Positions 17,731 through 27,523 of a DNA stretch of 64,000 nucleotides are shown one piece after another. A model generated the notes under the pieces. It was not told where the DNA came from and did no database searches. It saw only the letters and a program-made list of their open reading frames with translations. Made by a program: the position numbers and the translations under genes. Numbering within the stretch: the stretch's first letter is position 1; each line of letters opens with the position of its first letter. Location of the stretch: positions 1 through 64,000 of IMG/VR virus record IMGVR_UViG_3300042367_000228; one strand, given 5' to 3'.

Positions 17731-18675
17731 TTATCCTCTTGCTAGTTGAATGATTCTAGCTAAACTGTCGCCTTGACTAAATGTTACATGTTCTGCAATC
17801 GGATCTGCATGATCAAAATCTCCTTGCGTATTATCGAATGGTTCAGACGGAGCAATTGACTGATCCATGTCTGCTTTTAATTCATCATAACCTGTAATTC
17901 TATCTTGGGTATTAGCTGATTGATTTTCCCAATCAATTGCTTGTTGTGTTTTAGGTCCTAAGATACCATCGGCTTTAATAGGATAGCCTTTAGCTTGTAG
18001 TTCATATTGTAACTTTTGTACAGCTGGATCAAACTTAGCTTTAGGCGTTTTTGGTTGTCCTGCAGGATGTGGTTTATCAGCATGTGGTGCAGTACTATAA
18101 GGATGTACCGCATCTAAATCTGATGGTCCACTTAAATCATCTACCGGTGGATGATCTTGTGCATAGCTAGTATCAGATGGATTAAACTGATGTGCTTGCG
18201 GAGTCGGAGCAGCATATTCATGCGGTGCATTAAGCATACTGTTTGCAATATCGGGTGCATCACCTGCGCCAACTGATGCACTTTTTGCTGAAGGCATGTC
18301 GGCTACACCACCGCCGAATCTATCAATACCCCAATCATTTGCGTCTTGTGTAAACGTTTTATTTACGTGGTTTGAGATATCATTATATGCACCTTTTCCG
18401 ACTGCGCCAATCCCGCGGGCAATTTCTTTTGCAACTTTTGGACCTTGATTAATAAGTGGATCACCTATACTATGTCCAATTCCAGATGCTAAGTCGCCAA
18501 CTGCATTATTGACATTATCTTTACCTGTATTCATGTAGTCGCTAAAGTTTTGCATTGGATGTTCTGTTGCACCGATTACATTAGGAGCATCTCCGAATGC
18601 ACCTTCAATCAATGCCATTGTTTCTCTTAGAGATTTAACGGAATCTAGAAGTACGGTTTCTGAAATTCTTTTCAT
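17731..18675 (-). CDS. Paralogous protein with peptidoglycan-binding domain
   Basis: LQYELQAKGYPIKADGILGPKTQQAI; N- and C-terminal motifs shared with 16724-17728. Confidence 0.75.
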   Translation of the reverse strand: MKRISETVLLDSVKSLRETMALIEGAFGDAPNVIGATEHPMQNFSDYMNTGKDNVNNAVGDLASGIGHSIGDPLINQGPKVAKEIARGIGAVGKGAYNDISNHVNKTFTQDANDWGIDRFGGGVADMPSAKSASVGAGDAPDIANSMLNAPHEYAAPTPQAHQFNPSDTSYAQDHPPVDDLSGPSDLDAVHPYSTAPHADKPHPAGQPKTPKAKFDPAVQKLQYELQAKGYPIKADGILGPKTQQAIDWENQSANTQDRITGYDELKADMDQSIAPSEPFDNTQGDFDHADPIAEHVTFSQGDSLARIIQLARG

Positions 18676-20962
18676 AATTATTCCTCATTGTTTTATGCAT
18701 TTTATGTTTATCGATACTATCAAATTTGCGCTTGCCAAAACCTTCCATATCGATATCATCAGTGTTTAAGTTTTGATGTTTTACGCCTGCTAATCTTAAC
18801 ACATCGTTTTGTTCACGAGCATCTTCGCTTGGATCTAACTGATCAACTTTTTGCAATACTTCTCTAACATCTTCTTCTGATGCATTACTGTATTCACCAT
18901 CTTTAAAACCTTTAATTATTTTAGTTTTAACTCTAGTGCCTCCGATTGTAAAGTTGCGTTCTTCTTTATTCCAAAATCCAGCAATTGAATTTAAGATTTG
19001 GTCTTTACCTGAAATGTTTTCGTCTGCCGGTTCGCCGCCGTCGTGTTTATCTTCCATGTCACATTCACCAAATCCTGCCTCGCACGGAGTTAATCCGCTT
19101 TCTCTAATAGCATCACGAATAGTCATACCTTCTGCAAACATAGTTTCTAATGTTGCACCGGCTGCTTTAGCTTTAATAAACTTAGCTTTGATTTTAGCTT
19201 TCTTATGATTAATACCTTCTTGCATCGGCGGAGCTGGAGGGGGTACTTCACCTACTGGCGGAGCTGGAGGAGCGCCTGCTTCTGCACCTGGTTCGCCTTC
19301 TGGAGCTGGAGGAGCGCCTGCTTCTGCACCTGGTTCGCCTTCTGGAGGTAATTCTCCTTCCGGAGGCATTCCGCCTAAGTCTGGAGGCATTCCGCCACCT
19401 AGACCACCTAAGCCGCCACCCATATCAGGTGCGCCTTCTGGTGCTGGAGGAGCTGCTGGAGGAGCTGGAGGAGCAGATCCGTCTGCTGCTGGTGCCATGT
19501 CTTGTCCGCCGATGTTACCGTCACCAAATTGTAATTGAACTGCAACACCTGGATCGGTATATGTTACATATTGTTGTATTAACGGACGAACATCTAAGTC
19601 TGGGTCGATGTCTTTAAGTGAATCTAAAAAATCAGGATCGTCAATTAAACCAGCTAAACTTTGAATAGCATTAATGCCATCCGGTCCGCCACGTAATTCT
19701 TTTTCTAAAATTTTATTTAATTTGTCAATAGCAACTTTTTGTGAATCCTTGTTCGGACTAAAGAGTTCGTCTTTATCTTCAAGCATGATACGATTAATAA
19801 ATGATTCAAATGCAAGTTCTGGATCGAAACTTTCTTTTTTATGGCTTGTATAGCCTTTGTTTTTCATTGAATGTGCTAATGCCCAAGGATTATCGATCTC
19901 CTTGTGTTTTTTCATTGCTTTAACAGTTCCTTCCCAGCCTTTAGGTGCTTTTTCATCTAAGAAGTAATCTGACGATAATTCGCAAACTGGTAATTCGCTT
20001 TCGTCTACTATGTTGTATAAGAATGGGAATACAGTTTTCATTTCTTCATTAAAAGTACGTACTGTTAACCGATCAATCCAGTCATTCATAACAGTTTCTG
20101 GAATTGCTTTTTCTTCTTTTTCAATAAACGATTCTGCAAATTGTTGATAATATGAAGGACGTTGTAAGTTGTGTATTTCTTTTTTAACTTCTTCAATGCG
20201 CTCAATTACACGATCTGTAACATTGCCCATTGCTTCTGATAATTGAGATTGACGTCCGACATATCCTTTAAACTTACGTAAACTTGCTAGTTCTTCACTA
20301 AGTTTAGTAATGTGTTTGCCAATTGCATCGTATGGGTTTCCACCATGTTTAACATGTTCTGCTAGTGCTCGAGCACCTGGTAAATGTTTATAGGGGTATT
20401 TAAATCTTTCACCGTCTGCATTTTCAACGTAAATGCATTCGATGTGCATAGTACGTCCTGCAGCTAGTTCAGGGTTAATAGGCTGGTTATGTTTAACTAT
20501 TAACCGAGTTTCGCCTAAATTTTGGTAACTTATTCTAGAAGTCCCAAACATTTTACTTTCCATCATTGGTAATTCCTTGGGTTTTGCTTGAAACTGATAG
20601 TCTCGCTTGTCTAAGTTGCTTTTACCGATATTTTGTACATCAAAATTTAATAAGCGAGATTTAGCAAATTGTCTAAATGATCTTATAAATTTAAATGCAT
20701 TGTGATGTGTAGCCCCGGAGTCATCGTCAACTAAGTCTCCACTAACTTGTACTACAATACCATCATCTAAGTCTAGTGTAATAGCAATAGTTCCAAGTGG
20801 TTCTCCATTTTCTGTGTATTGAAACTCAAAAAATCTAGCACGAGGAATATCGACTTTCTTACTTAAGACTTCTGCATTTTCGTCTCCCATTTTAATATCT
20901 GAAAAACGTGTTTGTATTTTACCATAAAGGTCTTTAGCGATTTTGTTTAAATTATTGTCCAT
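18635..20962 (-). CDS. Large hypothetical, probably head/core protein with Pro/Gly-rich linker
   Basis: ATG 20962 just downstream of ATAAATA (20968-20974); directly after terL. Confidence 0.75.
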   Translation of the reverse strand: MDNNLNKIAKDLYGKIQTRFSDIKMGDENAEVLSKKVDIPRARFFEFQYTENGEPLGTIAITLDLDDGIVVQVSGDLVDDDSGATHHNAFKFIRSFRQFAKSRLLNFDVQNIGKSNLDKRDYQFQAKPKELPMMESKMFGTSRISYQNLGETRLIVKHNQPINPELAAGRTMHIECIYVENADGERFKYPYKHLPGARALAEHVKHGGNPYDAIGKHITKLSEELASLRKFKGYVGRQSQLSEAMGNVTDRVIERIEEVKKEIHNLQRPSYYQQFAESFIEKEEKAIPETVMNDWIDRLTVRTFNEEMKTVFPFLYNIVDESELPVCELSSDYFLDEKAPKGWEGTVKAMKKHKEIDNPWALAHSMKNKGYTSHKKESFDPELAFESFINRIMLEDKDELFSPNKDSQKVAIDKLNKILEKELRGGPDGINAIQSLAGLIDDPDFLDSLKDIDPDLDVRPLIQQYVTYTDPGVAVQLQFGDGNIGGQDMAPAADGSAPPAPPAAPPAPEGAPDMGGGLGGLGGGMPPDLGGMPPEGELPPEGEPGAEAGAPPAPEGEPGAEAGAPPAPPVGEVPPPAPPMQEGINHKKAKIKAKFIKAKAAGATLETMFAEGMTIRDAIRESGLTPCEAGFGECDMEDKHDGGEPADENISGKDQILNSIAGFWNKEERNFTIGGTRVKTKIIKGFKDGEYSNASEEDVREVLQKVDQLDPSEDAREQNDVLRLAGVKHQNLNTDDIDMEGFGKRKFDSIDKHKMHKTMRNNYEKNFRNRTSRFR
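19260..19343. repeat. Exact 42-bp in-frame tandem duplication (EGEPGAEAGAPPAP x2)
   Basis: Identical 42-mers at 19260-19301 and 19302-19343. Confidence 0.9.
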
Positions 20963-20973
20963 GTTTATATTTA

Positions 20974-22083
20974 TCACATATTAGAGGAAACAAATATTGG
21001 TAGAGGTGCTTCCCAGTCCTCAATTCTTTCTTCAATTCGCATTCTTTCAAATACCATAGGATCCCATTCTGCTAGTATATCAATCATTCTTACTACTAGT
21101 AATAGTGCTGCTACTAAGTCATCATGTTGCCCCGGTTTACCTTTAAAACTAATACCATGCGCAATAAAAGATTTCAATTCAGTAATTAATGGTTTACTGT
21201 TGATAGTCATTTTATCTTCTTCTACAAAATATTTTAATTTTGAACACGCTGCTATTTTATTATTAAAGGTAGTATTAAATCCTTTGCGGAATTTACGAAC
21301 ATGCCCTTTTCTGCCAGGTTCACTCACAAACAACCCTGGAAATGATTCTTCTCCTAAATTTTCAACTACTACTAACGCGCTTTCGCCTACGGTATTGTTT
21401 TCTATTGACCAATATATAGAATTATATTGATCATATCCTAATTCATCTTGAATGTATAATAGAATTTCTCTAAGTAACTTTACTTGTCCTTGAATAGGTG
21501 TAATGTTATGATGCCATTCTGCTACTTGATTCATCGATGGTAATTCAAAAACTGTTATTGCTGAAAAGTCACCACCAGTTCCTAAACTAGGATCTAATGC
21601 AATCAAGTATAAATTACCAGCTGTTGGAGCCTTATACCAACGTACTTGACCCATTTTCATTATAGGTTCTTTACCGTATAATTCTACTAACTTTAAACTG
21701 CTAATAAGAGTTTCGTCGTATACTAAAAATTCGCAATTTTTGATTAGAACGTTATTTGCATAATACCTGTGATTCTGTTCAACATTAAACAGATCGTATA
21801 CTGGTTCTTCATCTAACAGCCACTTAACAGACACGACATTATCAAGTTTGCCATTAACTAAAATTTTTTGTTTAGGCAATAATAATCTACCTTCTATCGG
21901 TTTAAACCCATTAAGAAAATATTTATGATCAGGAGTGCTTTTAAGTGAATGACGTTGTGTAGTTACATGAAGTATCTTTTTAACACCTTTAACTAAGATT
22001 CCGTCAAACTTGCTCCAGCCGGTGTCAGTTAGCACCGTTAATCCTAACTTATTTTTTATTAATTCTTCCGCGTGTAAATCCAT
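20974..22083 (-). CDS. terL: Terminase large subunit, C-terminal nuclease half, preceded by split-intein C fragment
   Basis: After ...VLIKN comes CEFLVYDETLI; RNase H-like LIALDPSLGTGGDFS and HDDLVAA; start at ATG 22083 or TTG 22086. Confidence 0.9.
   Translation of the reverse strand: MDLHAEELIKNKLGLTVLTDTGWSKFDGILVKGVKKILHVTTQRHSLKSTPDHKYFLNGFKPIEGRLLLPKQKILVNGKLDNVVSVKWLLDEEPVYDLFNVEQNHRYYANNVLIKNCEFLVYDETLISSLKLVELYGKEPIMKMGQVRWYKAPTAGNLYLIALDPSLGTGGDFSAITVFELPSMNQVAEWHHNITPIQGQVKLLREILLYIQDELGYDQYNSIYWSIENNTVGESALVVVENLGEESFPGLFVSEPGRKGHVRKFRKGFNTTFNNKIAACSKLKYFVEEDKMTINSKPLITELKSFIAHGISFKGKPGQHDDLVAALLLVVRMIDILAEWDPMVFERMRIEERIEDWEAPLPIFVSSNM
21736..22083 (-). mobile_element. Split intein, C fragment (~116 aa)
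   Basis: TPDH (block B), PVYDLFNVEQNHRYYANNVLIKN (blocks F/G), +1 Cys. Confidence 0.88.
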
Positions 22084-22828
22084 CAAGTTCTGTTCCTTCT
22101 TTAAATTGTTTGTTAATTACTCCATTATTATACCAACACATGCCTCTCTTTGATATTTGTAATCTAGGAAGTCTTCCCTTAACAAATCCGTCAGGGCATA
22201 TATCTTTATAGGTCTCAATAACTCCATTATTAAACCATTGTTTGTCTTTTGCTGATCCAGGTTTTCCTTTTTTGGAGTCACTTATTTTTTTTGCTCTTAT
22301 AGGACATTTGTTAAACTCATAATAACCTGGTTGGCTTCTAACTAACAGTTGAGTTTCTCTTTCAGATTCAGACCATTTAGTACCTAATGTACGTCCACCA
22401 ATTCCTGGACGAGCGATACCTTTATTATATGGAATAGTTCCTTTTCTCTGAATACTCATTAATTGTTTGGTTTCTTCAGTATGTTTAAATCCAGTACACC
22501 CATCTCCGCCTAGTGTTTTATTTGTTAACGGGCCGGCATGATCAATTAATCGGCCGTACTGGTTAATCAGATCAATTTCAAGAGCCTTTGCTGCAGCATC
22601 TGTTAACTCAGTTTGATACATTTCTATAACCGGAGTTAGATTTTGCGCGACTAATCTAGAAATTACCGCAACTTTTAAATGATTACACGTAGTTTCTGCA
22701 GTTTCTGATAAATGATCTTTATATCGCCTACCGTGGCCCTTCCCAATATAAAACGGTTGATTTGCTAAAATACTCATATAACTTACTGTGATGTTAATTG
22801 GGGTTTTATAAATATATACATAATACAT
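22049..22828 (-). mobile_element. Free-standing GIY-YIG homing endonuclease between the terL halves
   Basis: YYVYIY...PFYIGKG, NKTLGGDG, HTEETKQLMS, two W(F/Y)NNG..GF.(K/R)GR repeats; ATAAATA at 22834-22840. Confidence 0.9.
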
Positions 22829-22854
22829 GCTAGTATTTATCATTTCGTCATATA

Positions 22855-23781
22855 CTATGAACTTAATAATCGCATAATATCGCCCATTGTTAGTTTTTCA
22901 ATTTTTCCAGATGGCCATTTAACAGTTACAACTGAATCATGCACAATACAACCGTATTCACGTCTAAACTTTTCTTCACCTATACGACCGAGCTCTTCTT
23001 GTTTCCATTCTTCATCTCGATCTGGATGATCCCACCAGTCAGACCGGAACCCAGAAAATCCATTAATTCCGATCTTGTTTGGTTTTTCATTCCCAAACTC
23101 ATCAAAAAACTGTTGGCTTTCCTTCCATATAGTAGCAAATTGATCTTCGTCACTGTTTGGTGTAGAAGTAATAATACAACGTCCACCAGTTGCTAGTGTA
23201 GGTGATATAGAAGTCCAAAACTCTTCAGCAATGTTAGGTTGTAGGAAAGCAAACTCATCGCAATATAATAACGAAATACTCATACCCCGTCCTGTTGTGC
23301 CAGTAGTAGTTTGACTTACAATACGTGATCCATTATCAAATTCCATAGACCCTTTATTGTAACTTACTACACCTGCACGTAAGAAGTCTGGACATAGTTC
23401 GTATCCATAACGTATACGTTGCATAATCTCTTGAGCACCTGTGTACTTGTGCGCTGCGATTAAAATAGTTTGATCCGGGTGAAACATTGCATACCATAAT
23501 AAGTATGCAGATGCACATGTTGTTTTACCACTTTGACGCGGTAACATATTAATATTAAAACGATGAGCATGATAACAATTTAATAAGTTAACTTGATAAT
23601 CAAATGGTTGAAATAATAATTTACCTTTTACTGAATGTTGGATATGAAAGAAGTTTCTTGAAAAATGTAAAAATCCGTCAGCCGGATCCGAACACATTAA
23701 TATATCATTAATCTGTTGTTCGTCAAATTTTTCAGTCTTGTGTGCTTTTTTTGTAAGGACACCGTCTAGCGATTTACCCAT
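22855..23781 (-). CDS. terL: Terminase large subunit, N-terminal ATPase half, ending in split-intein N fragment
   Basis: PRQSGKTT Walker A, YCDEFAF Walker B, STPN; ends FRREYG-CIVHDSVVTVK...; ATG 23781 follows GTAAATA (23807-23813). Confidence 0.92.
   Translation of the reverse strand: MGKSLDGVLTKKAHKTEKFDEQQINDILMCSDPADGFLHFSRNFFHIQHSVKGKLLFQPFDYQVNLLNCYHAHRFNINMLPRQSGKTTCASAYLLWYAMFHPDQTILIAAHKYTGAQEIMQRIRYGYELCPDFLRAGVVSYNKGSMEFDNGSRIVSQTTTGTTGRGMSISLLYCDEFAFLQPNIAEEFWTSISPTLATGGRCIITSTPNSDEDQFATIWKESQQFFDEFGNEKPNKIGINGFSGFRSDWWDHPDRDEEWKQEELGRIGEEKFRREYGCIVHDSVVTVKWPSGKIEKLTMGDIMRLLSS
22858..22950 (-). mobile_element. Split intein, N fragment (31 aa)
   Basis: CIVHDSVVTVKWPSGKIEKLTMGDIMRLLSS: block A-like, Cys1 at the conserved EY(E/G)|CEF terminase site. 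Confidence 0.82.
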
Positions 23782-23813
23782 ATATAATCCTTTTTTTTGT
23801 ATTATGTATTTAC

Positions 23814-23841
23814 AAAAAAAAGCGGACATAATGTCCGCTTT
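23814..23841 (-). terminator. Intrinsic terminator
   Basis: AAAGCGGACAT-T-ATGTCCGCTTT followed by a T-tract on the minus strand. Confidence 0.8.
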
Positions 23842-23861
23842 GTGATTAGTATTTGTATGTC

Positions 23862-24353
23862 TTATTTACGAGATTTAACATCTTCATATAACGATGCAAG
23901 ATGATTAACAAGAGACTCGTGGCGAATGTTCCACGGGTTGCCGCCACCTGCTTGTTTAGGAGCTTCTCCGCCTTTACTAAACATATCATTGCCTGTTGGT
24001 GTAACCGCATCGATATCGAATACTTTAGAGCCTTTGTCGCCTTGTTTAGAATTACCAAAGCTATCACCGATAACAATTTCTGCTTCATCATTGCCTAATA
24101 ATTTTTCATCGTCGTGAGGTGAGTGTGTAGGTTCATTGTCTGCATCACCGCCGATGCCTTTTAAAACATCAATTAACTCACGAATACCGTCTGCACCTTT
24201 ACTGTTAATAGTAAGATTCATGTTTAATGATTCATCGTGAGCAGGACCACTTTGTATAACAGCCGCCGGCATATCACCGCCGCATTCTTCAATTGATGTA
24301 TCTACACCTTCATCAATCTGATACATCTTTTGCATTAATTCTTTAAAATCCAT
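23862..24353 (-). CDS. Acidic hypothetical, probable prohead core/internal protein
   Basis: MDFKELM...IDE-G start, acidic composition, head-gene context. Confidence 0.65.
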   Translation of the reverse strand: MDFKELMQKMYQIDEGVDTSIEECGGDMPAAVIQSGPAHDESLNMNLTINSKGADGIRELIDVLKGIGGDADNEPTHSPHDDEKLLGNDEAEIVIGDSFGNSKQGDKGSKVFDIDAVTPTGNDMFSKGGEAPKQAGGGNPWNIRHESLVNHLASLYEDVKSRK

Positions 24354-24979
24354 TATTTCATTCCTTTAGCAGTTGGCAGTGTAACTTGTTTAGATCCAAT
24401 TGCACTTGTTGTTCCAACTGATTTATCATATTTAGAACTAACTACTGCTGATTTTTCAACAGGTGCGTTTTTTGCTAATAATTGGTCGTTAACGCCTTTG
24501 TATTGTTCGCCTTGATGTTTAACTTTATTAAGTTCTTTTAACAGCGACATAGTACTTGATTGCCCTACTAGGTGTTGATTATTTTCTTTTTCATAATCTT
24601 TACCTAACAATGCTTCGCCTGTTTTTTCATCAAATTTGTGATTAAGTTCTTGTTCTTCTTGTTCTTTAAGATTGCGAACTTTAACACAACATTCGCTTAA
24701 TCCTAATGACTCTGCTGCAAGTTGTCTTACTTGAAAACTAGTTGCAGGGTAACTTAACGTAATATCATATGTTGTAACACTGATATTTTTATGTTCAGGA
24801 AAATCAACTTGTGTTTCCTGAATAGGTGTACGTGTACTTCTTTGGAATAATTCCACTACGAACTTATCTAACGACCCTTTAAATTTATCAAGTTGTTCAT
24901 CTGCAGGTTCTCCGGCAATTTTAACTTTAAATTCATAAGATTGTTTTGATTCGAGTAAATGTTGTTTAAATGATTTCAT
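24353..24979 (-). CDS. Hypothetical, probable head-internal protein
   Basis: MKSFKQHLLE-S resembles the T4 capsid-targeting sequence MKTYQEFIAE; ATAAATA at 24998-25004. Confidence 0.7.
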   Translation of the reverse strand: MKSFKQHLLESKQSYEFKVKIAGEPADEQLDKFKGSLDKFVVELFQRSTRTPIQETQVDFPEHKNISVTTYDITLSYPATSFQVRQLAAESLGLSECCVKVRNLKEQEEQELNHKFDEKTGEALLGKDYEKENNQHLVGQSSTMSLLKELNKVKHQGEQYKGVNDQLLAKNAPVEKSAVVSSKYDKSVGTTSAIGSKQVTLPTAKGMK

Positions 24980-25000
24980 AATATATCCTTGATAGTATAT

Positions 25001-25483
25001 TTATTTCATATTCTTTAATTTTTCGATCAAACTGTTACGATCGGTTACGATAAACCCATCACCTTGAATATTAACACTGTTATCTTCCGGATGTGCATCG
25101 CTATCTAATTTTTGTTTTTTAATTTGTAATTCGATCATTTTAAGCTTTTTATCTATTTTAGCAGATTTAGCATCGATTGCATTTTTTAACATACTTGCTG
25201 CAACTTCAAATACGCGTCCGCTGTATCTAGCTTCAACGTTCATACCTAAATCCATTAAGTCGTCGTATGCAGCAGTTGCGCGTTGTGCTAATGCATCAAA
25301 TTCAGAATCGCTAATGTCTCCCAACCCTTTTACTTGAGGCAATGCTGCTGAGATTTTATCAAACTCGGCAATATCTCTAAATAATGGTGCAGGAACAGTA
25401 GGAGTGGGAATTTGTGTTTCGGTTTCTTTTATAATAGTTTTACTTTCTGGTAAATTTAATAATTCTTCCAATTTACGTGTCAT
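25001..25483 (-). CDS. terS: Probable terminase small subunit (gp16-like)
   Basis: RVFEVAASMLKNAID...KKLKMIELQIKK pattern of T4-like TerS; near terL. Confidence 0.65.
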   Translation of the reverse strand: MTRKLEELLNLPESKTIIKETETQIPTPTVPAPLFRDIAEFDKISAALPQVKGLGDISDSEFDALAQRATAAYDDLMDLGMNVEARYSGRVFEVAASMLKNAIDAKSAKIDKKLKMIELQIKKQKLDSDAHPEDNSVNIQGDGFIVTDRNSLIEKLKNMK

Positions 25484-25505
25484 GGAATATCCTCATATAG
25501 TAATA

Positions 25506-25955
25506 CTATTTACGTTGTTTGCCGCCGTTGTGAAAAATATCGTCTTCATTAATAACTCTAAAAACTAATCCGTTTTGTTTACAATAAGCAGTTGCTGCTG
25601 CCCATTTAGCTTGGTTCTTAATGAATTGTGCTTGATTATATTTGTTCTTACCAACACGTTCTAATATGTGTTGACTTGCAGGTTTTATTTCAATTACTTC
25701 GTTATGAATTTTATTATTCTTATCTACGTATTGTATAAAGAAATCAGGTAGGTAAATTGTATTACGATTGGTTAATGGGTCTCTATAAGGAATAGTTATA
25801 GCCTCACTTGCCCATTTCTGAATTCCGGGATTAGTGTCGCACATATTCATAAAGTTCCATTCCCAAGAACTCCTGTAATAAGGAATTTTAGTTCCTACAT
25901 ACTTTCCAGGATTCTTAAATACAAATTTTCCTTTTGCAAATTTACGACTGCTCAT
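25506..25955 (-). CDS. gp4: Head completion nuclease (T4 gp4-like, TnsA-type PD-(D/E)xK)
   Basis: KNPGKYVG, YRSSWE, WASEAITIPY, YLPDFF, IEIKP, NQAKWAAA. Confidence 0.9.
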   Translation of the reverse strand: MSSRKFAKGKFVFKNPGKYVGTKIPYYRSSWEWNFMNMCDTNPGIQKWASEAITIPYRDPLTNRNTIYLPDFFIQYVDKNNKIHNEVIEIKPASQHILERVGKNKYNQAQFIKNQAKWAAATAYCKQNGLVFRVINEDDIFHNGGKQRK

Positions 25956-26317
25956 ACTAGTATATTTCGTTTCTCATATGCGTTATCTGCAACTTTAGTA
26001 CGATAACCGATTAAACTTGTTTTTTCTCTATATGCATTTAAAATTTGAGCAACAACTGATGATAATTGCATAGTAGGTACGGCTTTAAGTGTTTCTAATA
26101 ATTGAAATACTGGTATATTATCAAACCTAGCCTGATTCAATAAAACAATAGCAACTGTTCTTGCACTTGATAAATCAAAACCACGACGTTGAAAAAACCC
26201 AATAGTTGCATCAACATCATTAGACGGAAAGGTAACTTGATTAACATAAAATTTGTCGAAGAACTGTTTAATTTCAGCTGCACTAGATTCTTTTTGTGGT
26301 AAATTAGACGTTAACAT
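25952..26317 (-). CDS. Hypothetical protein
   Basis: 121-aa ORF coupled to gp4 by ATGA overlap. Confidence 0.7.
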   Translation of the reverse strand: MLTSNLPQKESSAAEIKQFFDKFYVNQVTFPSNDVDATIGFFQRRGFDLSSARTVAIVLLNQARFDNIPVFQLLETLKAVPTMQLSSVVAQILNAYREKTSLIGYRTKVADNAYEKRNILV

Positions 26318-26325
26318 ATATATCC

Positions 26326-27438
26326 TTAATAAGTTGCCGTATGATCAGCAGTATTTGGTTGTGTTGTAGTATTTGAAGATGTATTTGGTATATTTGCTTG
26401 AGATGCAGTAGTATCACTACTAGTACGCCCAACTGGCAATGCCACGTCTTGAAGACCGCCGGGTTTTGGTGCAGTTGAAAGTATTGTATTATATATTAAT
26501 GTATTATCTTGAGTTGTACTTGGATTAACAGTTATATTATCAGAAAATGATGCAGGATCTAACTTTGGAGCTGATGCATCGGTTGAACCAAACGGAACCG
26601 TTGCAAACGATTTTGAATTACCAACTAAATCATTTGGCCCGCGTGTCGGATCTGAATTATATATTGGAGACTGAGTAGTATCATATAACGGAGAAAGAAA
26701 TCCAAAATTAGACATTTCTACATCACCCTCTGTATGATTAACAAATCCGGTATTAAACCAAACTGCTTCGTACGCTAGTTTCATATCAAAATGATGAGCA
26801 CCTTGTTCATAGTATCCTAATTTATTACCAGTCCAACTAGTAATAATTGGATTGATTAATTTATAACTTACAAATTCTTTTCTTGACATTTGAAAAATCG
26901 TAATGCCTTTAAAAAATGGTTTTTTACGTCCATTATAACCATAAGGTGCTGTAATGTGATCTGCAGATAACATTGCATTTTTTCTATATGAACTAGTTTT
27001 AGCCGATACGGTCGGATCAGCATAATAATATTTGTAATATAATTGCCATACTTGATTAATAAGACCCATGTTATCGTCATGAAACGAAATATCTACATCA
27101 TTGTACTTATGTTGGTATTGGACTACTTTTTTTCTGTTGTATTGATTTAGTACTTCGTGTTGAACCGAATACGACGGTAACGTTACATCCTTAACTAACA
27201 GGTTAATTTCATCTTTAAGTGTTTCTACTATACTAGGATTAACTTTATCTAAAGGAAGTGAAGATTTACCTTTAGGATTAGCTACGTTCCAATCGATATC
27301 AAAAGATACATGAAATAAGAATTTAGTTTTTGGTAACAATCTAAATTGATCGTCAGCAAAAATTCGTGCGGCATGTTGCCGACATCTAAGTAGGGTAATC
27401 GGATCTGATAGTAATTCTGTATTAGGTGTAAATGACAT
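26326..27438 (-). CDS. Tail-tube paralogue (gp54/gp48-like tube initiator)
   Basis: PKTKFLFHVSF, VKDVTLPS, NQYNRK, ISFHDD tube-fold motifs; follows the tube gene. Confidence 0.7.
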   Translation of the reverse strand: MSFTPNTELLSDPITLLRCRQHAARIFADDQFRLLPKTKFLFHVSFDIDWNVANPKGKSSLPLDKVNPSIVETLKDEINLLVKDVTLPSYSVQHEVLNQYNRKKVVQYQHKYNDVDISFHDDNMGLINQVWQLYYKYYYADPTVSAKTSSYRKNAMLSADHITAPYGYNGRKKPFFKGITIFQMSRKEFVSYKLINPIITSWTGNKLGYYEQGAHHFDMKLAYEAVWFNTGFVNHTEGDVEMSNFGFLSPLYDTTQSPIYNSDPTRGPNDLVGNSKSFATVPFGSTDASAPKLDPASFSDNITVNPSTTQDNTLIYNTILSTAPKPGGLQDVALPVGRTSSDTTASQANIPNTSSNTTTQPNTADHTATY

Positions 27439-27480
27439 ACATATATTTATCTTTTTAATAAAGTGTATGGTTTAATAGTC

Positions 27481-27510
27481 AAAAAAAAGCCCGTATAAAA
27501 CGGGCTTTTT
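27481..27510 (-). terminator. Intrinsic terminator after the tail tube gene
   Basis: AAAAAGCCCGT-loop-ACGGGCTTTTT with A/T tracts on both sides. Confidence 0.85.
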
Positions 27511-27523
27511 AATAATGCTAAAT

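Noticed and set aside
22049-22854. Group I intron or frameshift explaining the broken terL
   Set aside because: The endonuclease ORF fills the gap, leaving no room for a ribozyme core; complementary intein halves explain the break
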